Positions 17,168 through 26,076 are shown, numbered from the stretch's first letter. The stretch is DNA of 64,000 bases from an uncultured virus (IMG/VR IMGVR_UViG_3300030524_000003) (IMGVR_UViG_3300030524_000003); one strand, 5' to 3'. Notes: a model not told the origin generated them from the sequence alone. Translations and numbers: made by a program.

Positions 17168-18531
17168 TTCTCCAGGTTTTCGAATCGGGTTATGTCGGCT
17201 AGGTATGCGAGGTCTACTTTCCCAGTTGGCCCTTCGCGCTGCTTTGCGATAGTAATCTCCGCCAGCCCTTTAACTTCAAGGTTGTCCGGTTGGTAGTACT
17301 CCTCGCGGTGGATAAACGCCACGACGTCGGCGTCAAATTCGATCTGGCCCGACTCTCTGAGGTCTGCGAGAGACGGTCTCTTGTTGCCGCTCTTCTCGCT
17401 GGCTCGACCCAGAGATGAAATCGCTAGAACCGGGACGTGCAGTTCCTTCGCCAACGCTTTCAGCGATCGTGAGATTAGCGACACCTCAGCAGTACGGTTC
17501 TCCACTTTGCGCCCGGCAGTCATCAACTGGAGATAGTCGACCACGATAAGGTCCAGGCGCCCCTTGCTTGCCTTGAGGCGCCGCGCTTTGGCCCTCATCT
17601 GCATCGGCGTAATGCTCGGGGTGTCGTCGACCATGATGTTGAGTTGGCCAAGTTCTATGGCCGCGCTGGTTAGCTTTCGCTTGTCTTCCTGCTGGAGCCA
17701 GCCCATTAGCGCCCTGCGAGCTCCTACGTTGGCAACAGACGAAATCATGCGCTTGTAGAGCGCCCGCTTCGACATCTCGATGGTGAATACCGCCACAACC
17801 TTGGCCGGATCTTCGAGGACAACGTTGGTGACGATGTTGATAGCCCATGCCGTTTTCCCGATCGAAGGGCGAGCTGCAAGAATGATGAGTTCGGACTCCT
17901 GTAATCCACCTGTCATGCCATCAAAGTCGGTGTAGCCCGTTGCCAGTCCAGTCATCGCCTTCGCGTCGAAGGTTCTGGAGATATAGTCGTCGATTCCGCC
18001 GCGGAACTCTTCGAGTAGTGTTGTGAACTTGCGCACCTGCATCCCGTCGGCAATCGACATCAGATTCGATTCGAGAGTCTCCAAAATGGCCGGAGCCTCC
18101 AGCGTGCCAAGAGCGCACTGCGTTATTGCGGTCTCGCACTCGGCTAACGTGCGCCTTCGCTGCGATGCGTCTTTTACGATTCGGACATAACTCTCGATGG
18201 CGAGCTTACGTGGCAAGCCTTCGCTGAGAGATGCTATGTAGGGTAATCCACCAACGTCCTGCAGATGCCGAAGCCTCATCAGGCGATCAGTAATCGTTAC
18301 AATATCAACCGCTTCGCCGTCATCCATCAAATCAAGCATGGCGCGGTAGATTTTGCGGTGCGAGTCCAGCATGAAATCCTGATCTTCTAGGATCTCAGTT
18401 GCATCATTGAGAGCTTGGGGGTCAACAAGGCACGCACCGAGGATCGTCATCTCTGCAGACGTCTTCGCCTGCACCGACAGTGCCTCTTCGAAGCCTTCGA
18501 AACCACCCTCTTGAACCTGTGCCACGCTCAC
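17164..18531 (-). CDS. dnaB: Replicative DNA helicase DnaB
   Basis: LIILAARPSIGKT, IVVDYLQLM, ISRSLKALAKEL, DLRESGQIEFDAD, IAKQREGPTG; GTG start overlaps the upstream stop. Confidence 0.95.
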   Translation of the reverse strand: MSVAQVQEGGFEGFEEALSVQAKTSAEMTILGACLVDPQALNDATEILEDQDFMLDSHRKIYRAMLDLMDDGEAVDIVTITDRLMRLRHLQDVGGLPYIASLSEGLPRKLAIESYVRIVKDASQRRRTLAECETAITQCALGTLEAPAILETLESNLMSIADGMQVRKFTTLLEEFRGGIDDYISRTFDAKAMTGLATGYTDFDGMTGGLQESELIILAARPSIGKTAWAINIVTNVVLEDPAKVVAVFTIEMSKRALYKRMISSVANVGARRALMGWLQQEDKRKLTSAAIELGQLNIMVDDTPSITPMQMRAKARRLKASKGRLDLIVVDYLQLMTAGRKVENRTAEVSLISRSLKALAKELHVPVLAISSLGRASEKSGNKRPSLADLRESGQIEFDADVVAFIHREEYYQPDNLEVKGLAEITIAKQREGPTGKVDLAYLADITRFENLEK

Positions 18532-18746
18532 ACCTTCGAAATTGGATATTGGCCCTTGATTCGGGAGTTGTAGAACTGCGTTGCAGAATCGGCGCGCTCG
18601 AACTCGTTCGCGGTGTCCTCGTCGAACTCCGTAACGGCGTAGGTGCCACCGCGAAACTGCACAGTGAGAGTCTGCGTGTCGGCATCGTAGACCGCCTGTT
18701 TTACGTTGTTTGACCCGGACGTGTGCTTTAGAATACGTGGAGCCAT
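18528..18746 (-). CDS. KTSC-domain protein
   Basis: SNNVKQAVYDADTQTLTVQFRGGTY...FERADSATQFYNSRIKGQY. Confidence 0.8.
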   Translation of the reverse strand: MAPRILKHTSGSNNVKQAVYDADTQTLTVQFRGGTYAVTEFDEDTANEFERADSATQFYNSRIKGQYPISKV

Positions 18747-18748
18747 CC

Positions 18749-18955
18749 CTACCTCCTTTGATCGTCACATCCAACACCAAAAGCCTCTTCGCGCCGTTGC
18801 TTGATAAGCCTACGTCCCTCGTTTGGGTCCATCCGACGAATTCTCATCGTGCAAGGGAAGCAGTGCTCGGAGTCTAGTACAGAGCACTGCTTGTTTTCGC
18901 AGTCTGGCGTGACGCAGTTTGGCCAGAGGTGGACGTTGTTTTTGTCGATCCACAT
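18749..18955 (-). CDS. Small Cys-rich hypothetical protein
   Basis: MWIDKNNVHLWPNCVTPDCENKQC...CFPC; fills the gap between operon genes. Confidence 0.55.
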   Translation of the reverse strand: MWIDKNNVHLWPNCVTPDCENKQCSVLDSEHCFPCTMRIRRMDPNEGRRLIKQRREEAFGVGCDDQRR

Positions 18956-18957
18956 GC

Positions 18958-20238
18958 TTATACCCTCGTAGAGCGAACTGCGTTGTTGCGCGACATGATG
19001 CCGGGGTACTTGGCGTTGGCTTCGAGCGCCTTGCATGCCTGGTTGACCGCCGTCATATTGGCTTCAAGGAAGTTGATCGGAGCGTGTCCGCCGACGTTGC
19101 CGCTGGCCTTCATGCTCTTGATCCCCTCGGCCACATCAAGCACCAGTGCCTCAAAGTCGGTGACTTCGCCGCCCCAGTTCTTTCTCTTGCTGACGCCCTT
19201 CGTGATCGGAGCCTCGGTGTAGACGCGCTCGGCGTAGACGGGCTGAGACGGTGCCTCAATCGGGTCGGCAAACAGCCGCTCCGCTGCGTCCGTGTCACCA
19301 GCTTGGAGATGGTCGTCGACAGCCGCGAGGGTCAGCCGCTCACTCTCCTGCCTGCGCCGAGCCTCAGAAGCCTCAGCAGCAGCCTTGTCCGCAAGCCTCT
19401 GGCGCTCACGCGCTTCGTTTTCCAGTTTCGTGTCGTAGGCGTTGAGAACTTGGTTCGCAACCCTGATTGCAGCGTTGAGCGGGTCGAGCGCTTCCTTCTG
19501 CTTCGTCTGGACAGCGTTGTAGGCCCGGTAGAAGGTCTCCCGGATGGGGTCGATGACAGCCGCGATGTCGATGCCGTGCTGCTTGATCTCTTTTACCGTC
19601 GTCTGCACGGCGAGATAGTCGATGTTGTTCGTGACAACAAATGGCCGGGCCAGAAGTACAGCGCTCCTCGTCGCGAACACGCTCAGTTGCTTCGACGCCG
19701 TTGCCAGCTTGCCCATAACCTCGTTGATGGGAGCCACTGTGACGAGCGCAGTTTCGACTACAACTTCAGGCTCGACGACTGCCGCACCGCCAGCAACTTC
19801 CAGCGCGTCGTCCTCGGGGATGGCGTCAAACGCAGCCTGGGGCGGCCAGTTAGGATCTTCCTCAACAACCATTATCGGCGACGGCTTATCAGAAAAATTG
19901 AGCTCAAAGTCGGTCTCGACGCGAGTAATATCAAACGGCTCACCCTCAATTGTCTGCTCAGCCATGCTTGCCCTGAGTTGATCCTTTACTGGAGTCTCGG
20001 GCATCTGCGCTGGCAAGTCTTTGTGATTCAACGATTCAAACTTGCCCTTAATGTTCCTATTATAGAAAGACCCCTTTGACGGGGACCTCAGAAATTCGTC
20101 GTACACCTCTGGGGGCACGTCCGAATAACTATATGAATTTTTATTGTGCATGTGGACGTCCAACGTCCACGTGCTCTCATCGAACTGGACGCTTTCGATT
20201 AGGGACGATTCCTCTTTGCTGTATCTGACGGGTTCCAT
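18958..20238 (-). CDS. KTSC domain fused to a long coiled-coil phage domain
   Basis: SSLIESVQFDE.TWTLDV...YSYSDVPPEVYDEFLRSPSKGSFYNRNIKGKF, then coiled coil and GVS.RKNW..EVTD. Confidence 0.75.
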   Translation of the reverse strand: MEPVRYSKEESSLIESVQFDESTWTLDVHMHNKNSYSYSDVPPEVYDEFLRSPSKGSFYNRNIKGKFESLNHKDLPAQMPETPVKDQLRASMAEQTIEGEPFDITRVETDFELNFSDKPSPIMVVEEDPNWPPQAAFDAIPEDDALEVAGGAAVVEPEVVVETALVTVAPINEVMGKLATASKQLSVFATRSAVLLARPFVVTNNIDYLAVQTTVKEIKQHGIDIAAVIDPIRETFYRAYNAVQTKQKEALDPLNAAIRVANQVLNAYDTKLENEARERQRLADKAAAEASEARRRQESERLTLAAVDDHLQAGDTDAAERLFADPIEAPSQPVYAERVYTEAPITKGVSKRKNWGGEVTDFEALVLDVAEGIKSMKASGNVGGHAPINFLEANMTAVNQACKALEANAKYPGIMSRNNAVRSTRV

Positions 20239-20258
20239 GTTGTTTCTCCTCGGTCTAA

Positions 20259-20305
20259 ACAGTATCCATTATGCAAGCATCAAACAAGGGTATCTTTGGT
20301 AACCA
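20259..20305 (-). promoter_or_regulatory. sigma70-like promoter TTGTTT-17-TACTGT with the operator (20271-20280) in the spacer and an upstream TGGTTACCAAAGATACC box
   Basis: Canonical spacing, then GAGGAG RBS; the upstream box is identical to the one at 32668-32684. Confidence 0.65.
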
Positions 20306-21101
20306 GTGGCATTGGACACGCAAATTTTCCATAAAACTCCAGTTCGTCTTTTCTCCTCTGCTCCTTAGCGTCTTCCAATAAGTCAAACCTTCCACGTACA
20401 ACCCTCTTTTTATCAAGAACGATGATAGCTAGCCATTTATCGCCATCCCGAATGACCCCCTTGAAACCGCTTAACCCGCCCTTATACCTCGTATTCCTTG
20501 CACTCTCCACATCGTTGGCTCGACGGAGATTTTGTCCGGTATTATCCAGCGTATCGTGATTCTGGTGATCACCTTTTCTTTTGTCCCCAACTTTCAAGCC
20601 AAGGATTTCCCTGTGCATCAGAACGGTTCTCCTGGCGGGACTGTATTCGTCCCGTAAAGCATAGTAGCTTTTAGTGCTCTTATTCCAACGCGCAGACCAG
20701 TTCGATTCCATTAGCCACTCGTAGATGTGGGCGTTGACGGTAGCGGCCTGCCCTTGAGTAAGGGCGATCCGGCGTTTTGATGGATCGGTTGGCTGGATTA
20801 TCTCTGGCCGATTCTGTTTTCCGTGATGTCCTGGGATATACCGCACCGGCTCCCCCGCGCGGTGCCCCGCTCTGTTGTTTGTATTTTTGGCTATCTTTGT
20901 CTTTCTACCGCACCTGCAATGACAGTAGCCGTATGGGACACCGGAGGCGGCGATTGACTTGGCCGACAATGTGTACTTGTTGTGGCCGTTCACGAATCGT
21001 TGCGGTTGCCCTTTTACATGTCCGAGCCGTTTGCATGTGGAAGCAGCGATTCCAGTTTTTCCACCGCAGCCGCAATGGCACTCTCCAAGCTTTATATCCA
21101 T
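20280..21101 (-). CDS. HNH homing endonuclease with N-terminal CxCxCG repeats and a C-terminal AP2-like domain
   Basis: CHCGCG/CHCRCG repeats; MHREIL...DHQNHDTLDNT..NLR; SGFKGV...KW.A.I. Confidence 0.85.
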   Translation of the reverse strand: MDIKLGECHCGCGGKTGIAASTCKRLGHVKGQPQRFVNGHNKYTLSAKSIAASGVPYGYCHCRCGRKTKIAKNTNNRAGHRAGEPVRYIPGHHGKQNRPEIIQPTDPSKRRIALTQGQAATVNAHIYEWLMESNWSARWNKSTKSYYALRDEYSPARRTVLMHREILGLKVGDKRKGDHQNHDTLDNTGQNLRRANDVESARNTRYKGGLSGFKGVIRDGDKWLAIIVLDKKRVVRGRFDLLEDAKEQRRKDELEFYGKFACPMPLVTKDTLV

Positions 21102-21185
21102 CTCATCCTCCAAAGGTAGGGCGAGCGACTGGGCCTTTGGTTCCACAGTCGCTCTGGACGGGTTATAAAGCCGTCGTGTCAGACA

Positions 21186-21824
21186 TCATACTAGCATCTG
21201 CCATAATTTTTGCCCTTGTCGCAACCTGCCATGAACATTTATTAGAGCGCTCGTGAACATTTGGGCGTCCCATTGGTGATCGGTGTATTCCTGGATTCGG
21301 TACGTTCCATTCTTGCGGAGACGGCAGGTGATTCGCTTTAGTTCTCCACACCGCGGCCTACCCGTTAGACACATCTCCTGTCCAGCAAGCTGAAAGGGCC
21401 AACTCGGCTGGATCGTATCCGAGCACTTCAATTCGCAGATTGTTTTAACCCCATTGAATATGCCCAGGCGGTCTATCTTCACGCCGAACCGGAACCCATG
21501 GATTACACCCACACTCTGCCACTCCACGTATTCGCGAATCGGCTCGAATCCAGATTCGCCACGAAACTTCAGCCAAGCGTTGTAGTATCCCTCATTCTGC
21601 TCGTTGAGCCATGAAGGATCGATTTCTCCATGAAGATCAAAACTTTCGGTAAGGCTATGCACTTCCGTGCCCAAAATAGACTTGGCCGCCAAGACCTCTG
21701 GCTTGACCATCGAAAAGTCCACCAACCCCTGAAGCTTCAGGATTTGCGTGCAGCTCGGAAGGAAAACCCCGTCCTCCCAGTAGAGGTGGTTGACGTCATC
21801 GAAAAAATAAGAGGGTTTATCCAT
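21186..21824 (-). CDS. Phage PD-(D/E)XK exonuclease (partner of RecT)
   Basis: FDDVNHLY..DG..LPSCTQIL, GTEVH, G.IDRLG, ELK, QLAG motifs. Confidence 0.75.
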   Translation of the reverse strand: MDKPSYFFDDVNHLYWEDGVFLPSCTQILKLQGLVDFSMVKPEVLAAKSILGTEVHSLTESFDLHGEIDPSWLNEQNEGYYNAWLKFRGESGFEPIREYVEWQSVGVIHGFRFGVKIDRLGIFNGVKTICELKCSDTIQPSWPFQLAGQEMCLTGRPRCGELKRITCRLRKNGTYRIQEYTDHQWDAQMFTSALINVHGRLRQGQKLWQMLV

Positions 21825-22362
21825 TTCTTGCCGCCCGCCTTCTATCGCGAACTCCCTGCATGTATATGCGGCTTCTTTCGTTGCTGCAAATATGGCATAC
21901 AAATCTCCCAATGCCGGGCACAAACCTTTTGTTCTCTGGAAGCCAAGGGTGGCCATTCTTGCAATGTGTTCTGGCTGCGTGTCGCGCCGTGGTGACCGCT
22001 GGGCCGTCACCACGGGCTAGGTTTTCCGCGCGAGTTGTCGGTTCGAGGTGATCCGGATTTACGCACGGTCGATTGCGGCACTTGTGATCCAGATCCATTC
22101 CTTCCGGGATAGGGCCAAAGGATAGCTCGTAAGAAAAAACGTGGGCGTTCACGCATTTTCCATCTACCCATATTTTCCCGTATCCACCACGAGGCCCGTA
22201 CGCTTGAGGATTCGCTCCCTTTTTAGAGCTTCCAATCCACATCCAGCATGGAGTCTTTAGTTCTGGAAAGGTTGCGGAGTTGGGAATGGGACCATCTTTA
22301 TTGATGGACGCCCAGAACGTTTTTTCTACTTCTGCTCGTGGTTTATAGTGACCAATAGGCAT
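21817..22362 (-). CDS. HNH endonuclease
   Basis: CWMWIG, GYG, AHVFSYEL..GPIPEGMDLDHKCRNRPCVNPDHLE, THCKNGH. Confidence 0.9.
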   Translation of the reverse strand: MPIGHYKPRAEVEKTFWASINKDGPIPNSATFPELKTPCWMWIGSSKKGANPQAYGPRGGYGKIWVDGKCVNAHVFSYELSFGPIPEGMDLDHKCRNRPCVNPDHLEPTTRAENLARGDGPAVTTARHAARTHCKNGHPWLPENKRFVPGIGRFVCHICSNERSRIYMQGVRDRRRAARNG

Positions 22363-22433
22363 CGGTTCTCTCCTACAAGAGACTTGTACCGTCGAGCCCC
22401 GCCAAGGGCTTCGGTGACGATGCCGTAATTCTA

Positions 22434-22682
22434 TCACTGCCGAAACCTCTTCTCCTGCTCTGCGAGAAACTCCGCGATCGTGTGCCGCGCTGGACCGCTC
22501 AACTCCGCTATGGCCGAGTCGGGCATCTTCCTGAATACGTTGGCGAGGTTGTTTACAGCCCTCGTCACCGCTTGCTTGGGTGGACAGTCCTCAGACCCTT
22601 CCAGTAGCGCAACGATTACGTCGTCGGTGCCGATTTCGATCTCGATTTCCTGGTTATACTCGATCCACTTGATTATCTTCAT
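22434..22682 (-). CDS. Hypothetical protein
   Basis: GAGGAG RBS; 82-aa globular-looking ORF. Confidence 0.65.
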   Translation of the reverse strand: MKIIKWIEYNQEIEIEIGTDDVIVALLEGSEDCPPKQAVTRAVNNLANVFRKMPDSAIAELSGPARHTIAEFLAEQEKRFRQ

Positions 22683-22709
22683 CAGCAAAGCTCCTCTTCG
22701 TAAAACTTT

Positions 22710-23083
22710 TGCAGGGGATAGGTTTCGGCACCTACTTGCTTGCCACTACCGCTCCTCGGGCATTATTGCTGCTGCTTTTCGGCTATCGGTCACCGGTACG
22801 GCCGGACGCATGCCGTGACTAGGGTAAGAGCTTCTACTTAACCAAGCGCACGCAAAGGGTTTATCGCCCCACGTTGCGCCTAGCATCCGCATAGACTTTT
22901 TACGACCGAGCTTCACCGGCGGTAATTCCGGGCCGCCTCGCGGAGTGAGAATTACCAAACTCCGCTTCCGGCGTCTTCTAGCCTCTCGTTCGTTTTTCCC
23001 CGTACGGTTAGTCATACGTTCCTTTTAGCGGGTTCCCTCGCGTGCCTACTCATACAGCCCGTGTCCATCCACGGCGCCCCTGC
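22710..23083 (-). ncRNA. Candidate tRNA-like RNA of about 374 nt with a large structured insert replacing the anticodon arm
   Basis: GCAGGGG/CCCCTGC-A acceptor stem, D-arm CCGT-GGATGGAC-ACGG, T-arm GTAGG-TGCCGAAA-CCTAT; many internal hairpins. Confidence 0.55.
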
Positions 23084-23211
23084 AAAACTCAATTCATTTA
23101 CGGTGGTCATCCCTCCCCGGAAGTGACCACCGTTTCCCGCCCAGGGGAACCCGTCAAGGACCCCAAGCGTGAAGCTTTATTTGGGACTTATATACATGAG
23201 TCCCTTTCGGG

Positions 23212-23463
23212 TTATCTGCCATGAAACTGCGCACTCACCGCTTCGGACATCTTTTCAACGTCAGCCTCGGTTGCCTTTCGCAGGGTTACCCACTGGCCGT
23301 CTGGATGGCGATAGATAATCCACCCTGCAAGTTCATGTTTCGAGTCTGGATAGCAATACATCATCTCTTTTCCGCTGGACTCGAAGCGCAACGGCGCGAC
23401 CGCCAACTTGCGCCTAACAATTTCATCCTGCTCCTTGTGGTACTTCTGCTGTTCCGCCGTCAT
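23212..23463 (-). CDS. Hypothetical protein
   Basis: 83-aa ORF with AAGGA RBS. Confidence 0.65.
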   Translation of the reverse strand: MTAEQQKYHKEQDEIVRRKLAVAPLRFESSGKEMMYCYPDSKHELAGWIIYRHPDGQWVTLRKATEADVEKMSEAVSAQFHGR

Positions 23464-23509
23464 TTCATTCCTTTCTTGATACCCAGGGAGTTAAGTATGT
23501 AATTCCCCT

Positions 23510-23902
23510 TTATTTCTTCGGATCTGGATTTACCTGCTTCACCTGCGGCGCGATCACGAAGTTGCCAATATCAAAATTCCACACATACTGGTCCGCCAAG
23601 CCAAGCTCTTTCTTTGTTTTGATAATCAGGTCGAGGGCTTCATTCCGCTTCTTCTGCGCGTTGTCCTCGGCCGTTTTCGTGGCTATTGGGATCTGGCCGA
23701 TGGCCGCGTTTGCTTCAGCTACAGCTACCCTGCAGTTGTCGATCAAGTGCTGCCGTTTTAGACTCTCAATCGTTTCCGGTTCGGGCGCTGCCTGCGATGC
23801 GACTACAGGCGTGGGTGGAGTCGCAGGCTTCTGCGGGGTTTTGGTGGCTTGCGCAACGGCGAAACTTGCCGATAGCGCGACGATGGCGATGAGTACCTTC
23901 AT
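23510..23902 (-). CDS. Secreted hypothetical protein
   Basis: Signal peptide MKVLIAIVALSASFAVA-Q; GGAGG RBS. Confidence 0.7.
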   Translation of the reverse strand: MKVLIAIVALSASFAVAQATKTPQKPATPPTPVVASQAAPEPETIESLKRQHLIDNCRVAVAEANAAIGQIPIATKTAEDNAQKKRNEALDLIIKTKKELGLADQYVWNFDIGNFVIAPQVKQVNPDPKK

Positions 23903-23950
23903 GTGTTTCCTCCATACCGCAGGTTGATGCTACACAAAACTGATGCCGTC

Positions 23951-24829
23951 CTATCCGTTGGCTCCCGGCTCATCTTGCATTGAAGCCTTTGGCGTCGTAG
24001 CCCAAGCCATCAACGACTCGGTAAACTTCTTCGGCACCTCGTAGCTGTACTTGATTCCATCGCCACACAAACGGGCAATCTCGGCCTTCGACTCTTCAGG
24101 AAGATAGCCGCTGGCAGAATACTTGCGGTAGAACGCAGTCCCCCACTCTTTACCGGCAGGCTCCTCGCCTTCCTTCTCGATTTTCTGCTCGGGAGTTAGT
24201 TCTGCGGGTGGTGGAGGTGGCCCCGGTACAGGCTTCTGCGTCGACGGGGTGATGTCACCCTCGATCGTTGGATAGTCCATCGCCTCTTCCGCTAGGACAA
24301 GACCTTTAAGGATATCTGGAAAGGCGTCACGTAGAGCAAACCCACGGGCACGGAGCTGCAGCATACGGTTGGGGTATGTGCGCCACGGGGAATCTTTGCC
24401 CAACAGACCGGCAATCTTCGCATCGTCAAGAGAAAAGGTTCGCTTAACCTCTTCTGGAGACCCGCGCCGCTTTGCGCGACACACCGCCTTGCCAGCCTTT
24501 TTTATATCTTCAAGGTCCTGCTCGATGACGTACTCGCAAACACTCTTCGAGAGGCAGAGAGCCAGCGCAGCGTCGCCCCAAATGCTTGGATTGCCATTTA
24601 TGTTGGCAATGTTTTGGAGACTTTGCATCGGCTGCAACCCAAGTTCTAAGCCGAACTGAAGCGCCACCACGATGGATGCAGCCTTTTTCCCAGCGTATGC
24701 TTTGGGTGCCATTCCAGATTCTAAGATCATCTCCGCGAACTGAATTGCTTCTGTAATATTGCGCGGCGCGAAAGTCTCGTTTCGCTCAAGGGCTTCGGGG
24801 CGAGTAACCACTATTTCACTAGTTGCCAT
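23951..24829 (-). CDS. recT: RecT/Red-beta-like single-strand annealing protein
   Basis: GLELGLQPMQSLQNIANING.PSIWGD, W..YP.RML..RA.GFALRDAFPD.L.G...EE. Confidence 0.85.
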   Translation of the reverse strand: MATSEIVVTRPEALERNETFAPRNITEAIQFAEMILESGMAPKAYAGKKAASIVVALQFGLELGLQPMQSLQNIANINGNPSIWGDAALALCLSKSVCEYVIEQDLEDIKKAGKAVCRAKRRGSPEEVKRTFSLDDAKIAGLLGKDSPWRTYPNRMLQLRARGFALRDAFPDILKGLVLAEEAMDYPTIEGDITPSTQKPVPGPPPPPAELTPEQKIEKEGEEPAGKEWGTAFYRKYSASGYLPEESKAEIARLCGDGIKYSYEVPKKFTESLMAWATTPKASMQDEPGANG

Positions 24830-24858
24830 TTTGACGGGTTCCTTTCGTTTCGAGATTT

Positions 24859-24938
24859 ATACTACGCAGTTTTGTGGATTATGCAAGCATAACAATGGTA
24901 ACCTTTTCCTTGATTACCCACCATGCAAGCATTATGAT
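24859..24938. promoter_or_regulatory. Divergent promoter pair with two ATGCAAGCAT sites (24881-24890, 24923-24932)
   Basis: Plus strand TTGATT-17-TATGAT; minus strand TTGCAT-16-TAGTAT. Confidence 0.65.
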
Positions 24939-24944
24939 TCGGCC

Positions 24945-25187
24945 ATGATGAAGAAAGGTAAAGATGCCCGTAGGAGCCCCGAAACCGACTCCGCAGAAGC
25001 CACGAAGCGAGAGGGTTCTAAAAAAGACGCCCCGGACTACTACGTCACTACTGGCCAACTCGGCGGCCGAAGTACGCTTACGAAGAAGGGCAGTGATTTC
25101 TTCTCGCGCATTGCGAAGCTTCGTCACAAACGGAACCGGGATGCCCGAACCGCTGCTCTCCGGAAACCAACAGATAAGCCTGCCTGA
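24945..25187 (+). CDS. Small basic KGG/GsiB-repeat-like protein, probably leaderless
   Basis: DYYVTTGQLGGRSTLTKKGSDFFSRIAK resembles the KGG repeat; ATG lies 7 nt after the -10 box. Confidence 0.55.
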   Translation: MMKKGKDARRSPETDSAEATKREGSKKDAPDYYVTTGQLGGRSTLTKKGSDFFSRIAKLRHKRNRDARTAALRKPTDKPA

Positions 25188-25815
25188 GCTTGCCAAGGAA
25201 CTCCGCGTCAGGCCCGAACGTCTCAAACCACTCTTCGAACATGGCTACCTCCGTACGGGAGAAGGTTTTACCGTCATAAAACCGCCGCCGGCCGCGATGT
25301 CGTGGCTCCGCACCATGTTTACCCCCATCATGATGCGCCCATTCCTGCCAACGCAGATGGCCGCAGACCTCACTGGATGCGCCATAAAGGACTTGCGGAG
25401 CCTCTGTCTGCTCTACAATATCCCACTCCACCAGGACGCCGTCTTCGGCGAGCTCATCAGCGTCAACGGGTTCCACAAGTTCTTTGAGGCGCTCCATCAC
25501 TTCAGGGAACCGTCCAGATTTGACCGCCAGGCACTACTTGGGATGCTGCTCACCGCCCGGCCCGACTACCGGCGCGCTCCAAAGGCGTTGCGCTTCAGCC
25601 GACGCCTCGATCGCGAGATCGCCCGTATCGCAAAACTGAAAGAGCCAGACCGCACGGAGCGAGCACTGGCCCTTTGGGAGTCAATTTCGGACGCGAAGAC
25701 GGTTGCCGCTGCGGTCGATCCCGAGACGCCAGATATTCTCGGCGTAGAAAAACTGCGCGATGTGCTTGTTGAATCGCTCGGCGAAGGATTTACCGACGAG
25801 TCACTTAACGAGTAG
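25141..25815 (+). CDS. Putative DNA-binding protein (two HTH-like segments)
   Basis: ISLPELAKELRVRPERLK and LPTQMAADLTGCAIKDLR. Confidence 0.6.
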   Translation: MPEPLLSGNQQISLPELAKELRVRPERLKPLFEHGYLRTGEGFTVIKPPPAAMSWLRTMFTPIMMRPFLPTQMAADLTGCAIKDLRSLCLLYNIPLHQDAVFGELISVNGFHKFFEALHHFREPSRFDRQALLGMLLTARPDYRRAPKALRFSRRLDREIARIAKLKEPDRTERALALWESISDAKTVAAAVDPETPDILGVEKLRDVLVESLGEGFTDESLNE

Positions 25816-26076
25816 GCACGCCGCTATATAGTTGATCTTATCGGTGGCGCGGATAATCTGCCCCGGCATGACGTAGTAGAAGCCGATCTGCCCCTTGTTG
25901 CCCACTGGCTGCACGTAGAGCCCGTAGTTGACGTCGTCGCACGTCACGATCGACCCAGTCTGCTCAATCACGTAGGCTTGGGCGGGCTTGATGGTGGTCA
26001 CGATGACCGGAGGCTTCGACGAGACGATGTGACGCGCTGGCGGGGTTGCCAACAGCAGTAGCAGCAGGGCTATCAT
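25801..26076 (-). CDS. Small secreted hypothetical protein
   Basis: MIALLLLLLA N-terminus; AAGGAG RBS. Confidence 0.6.
   Translation of the reverse strand: MIALLLLLLATPPARHIVSSKPPVIVTTIKPAQAYVIEQTGSIVTCDDVNYGLYVQPVGNKGQIGFYYVMPGQIIRATDKINYIAACLLVK

Noticed and set aside
14127..22013. N-terminal extensions given by the ORF track for the fibre (to 14291), DnaB (to 18780) and exonuclease (to 22013)
   Set aside because: They overlap other plausible genes (HNH-like, KTSC, HNH), and better-coupled downstream starts exist.
22746..23015. 89-aa ORF as a confident CDS
   Set aside because: Arg-rich and not protein-like, and entirely within a strongly paired region; not excluded, because an AAGGA RBS precedes it.
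22710..23083. Canonical tRNA or tmRNA gene
   Set aside because: No anticodon arm, a non-standard T-loop, no G3-U70 pair and no recognisable tag reading frame; kept only as a tRNA-like candidate.
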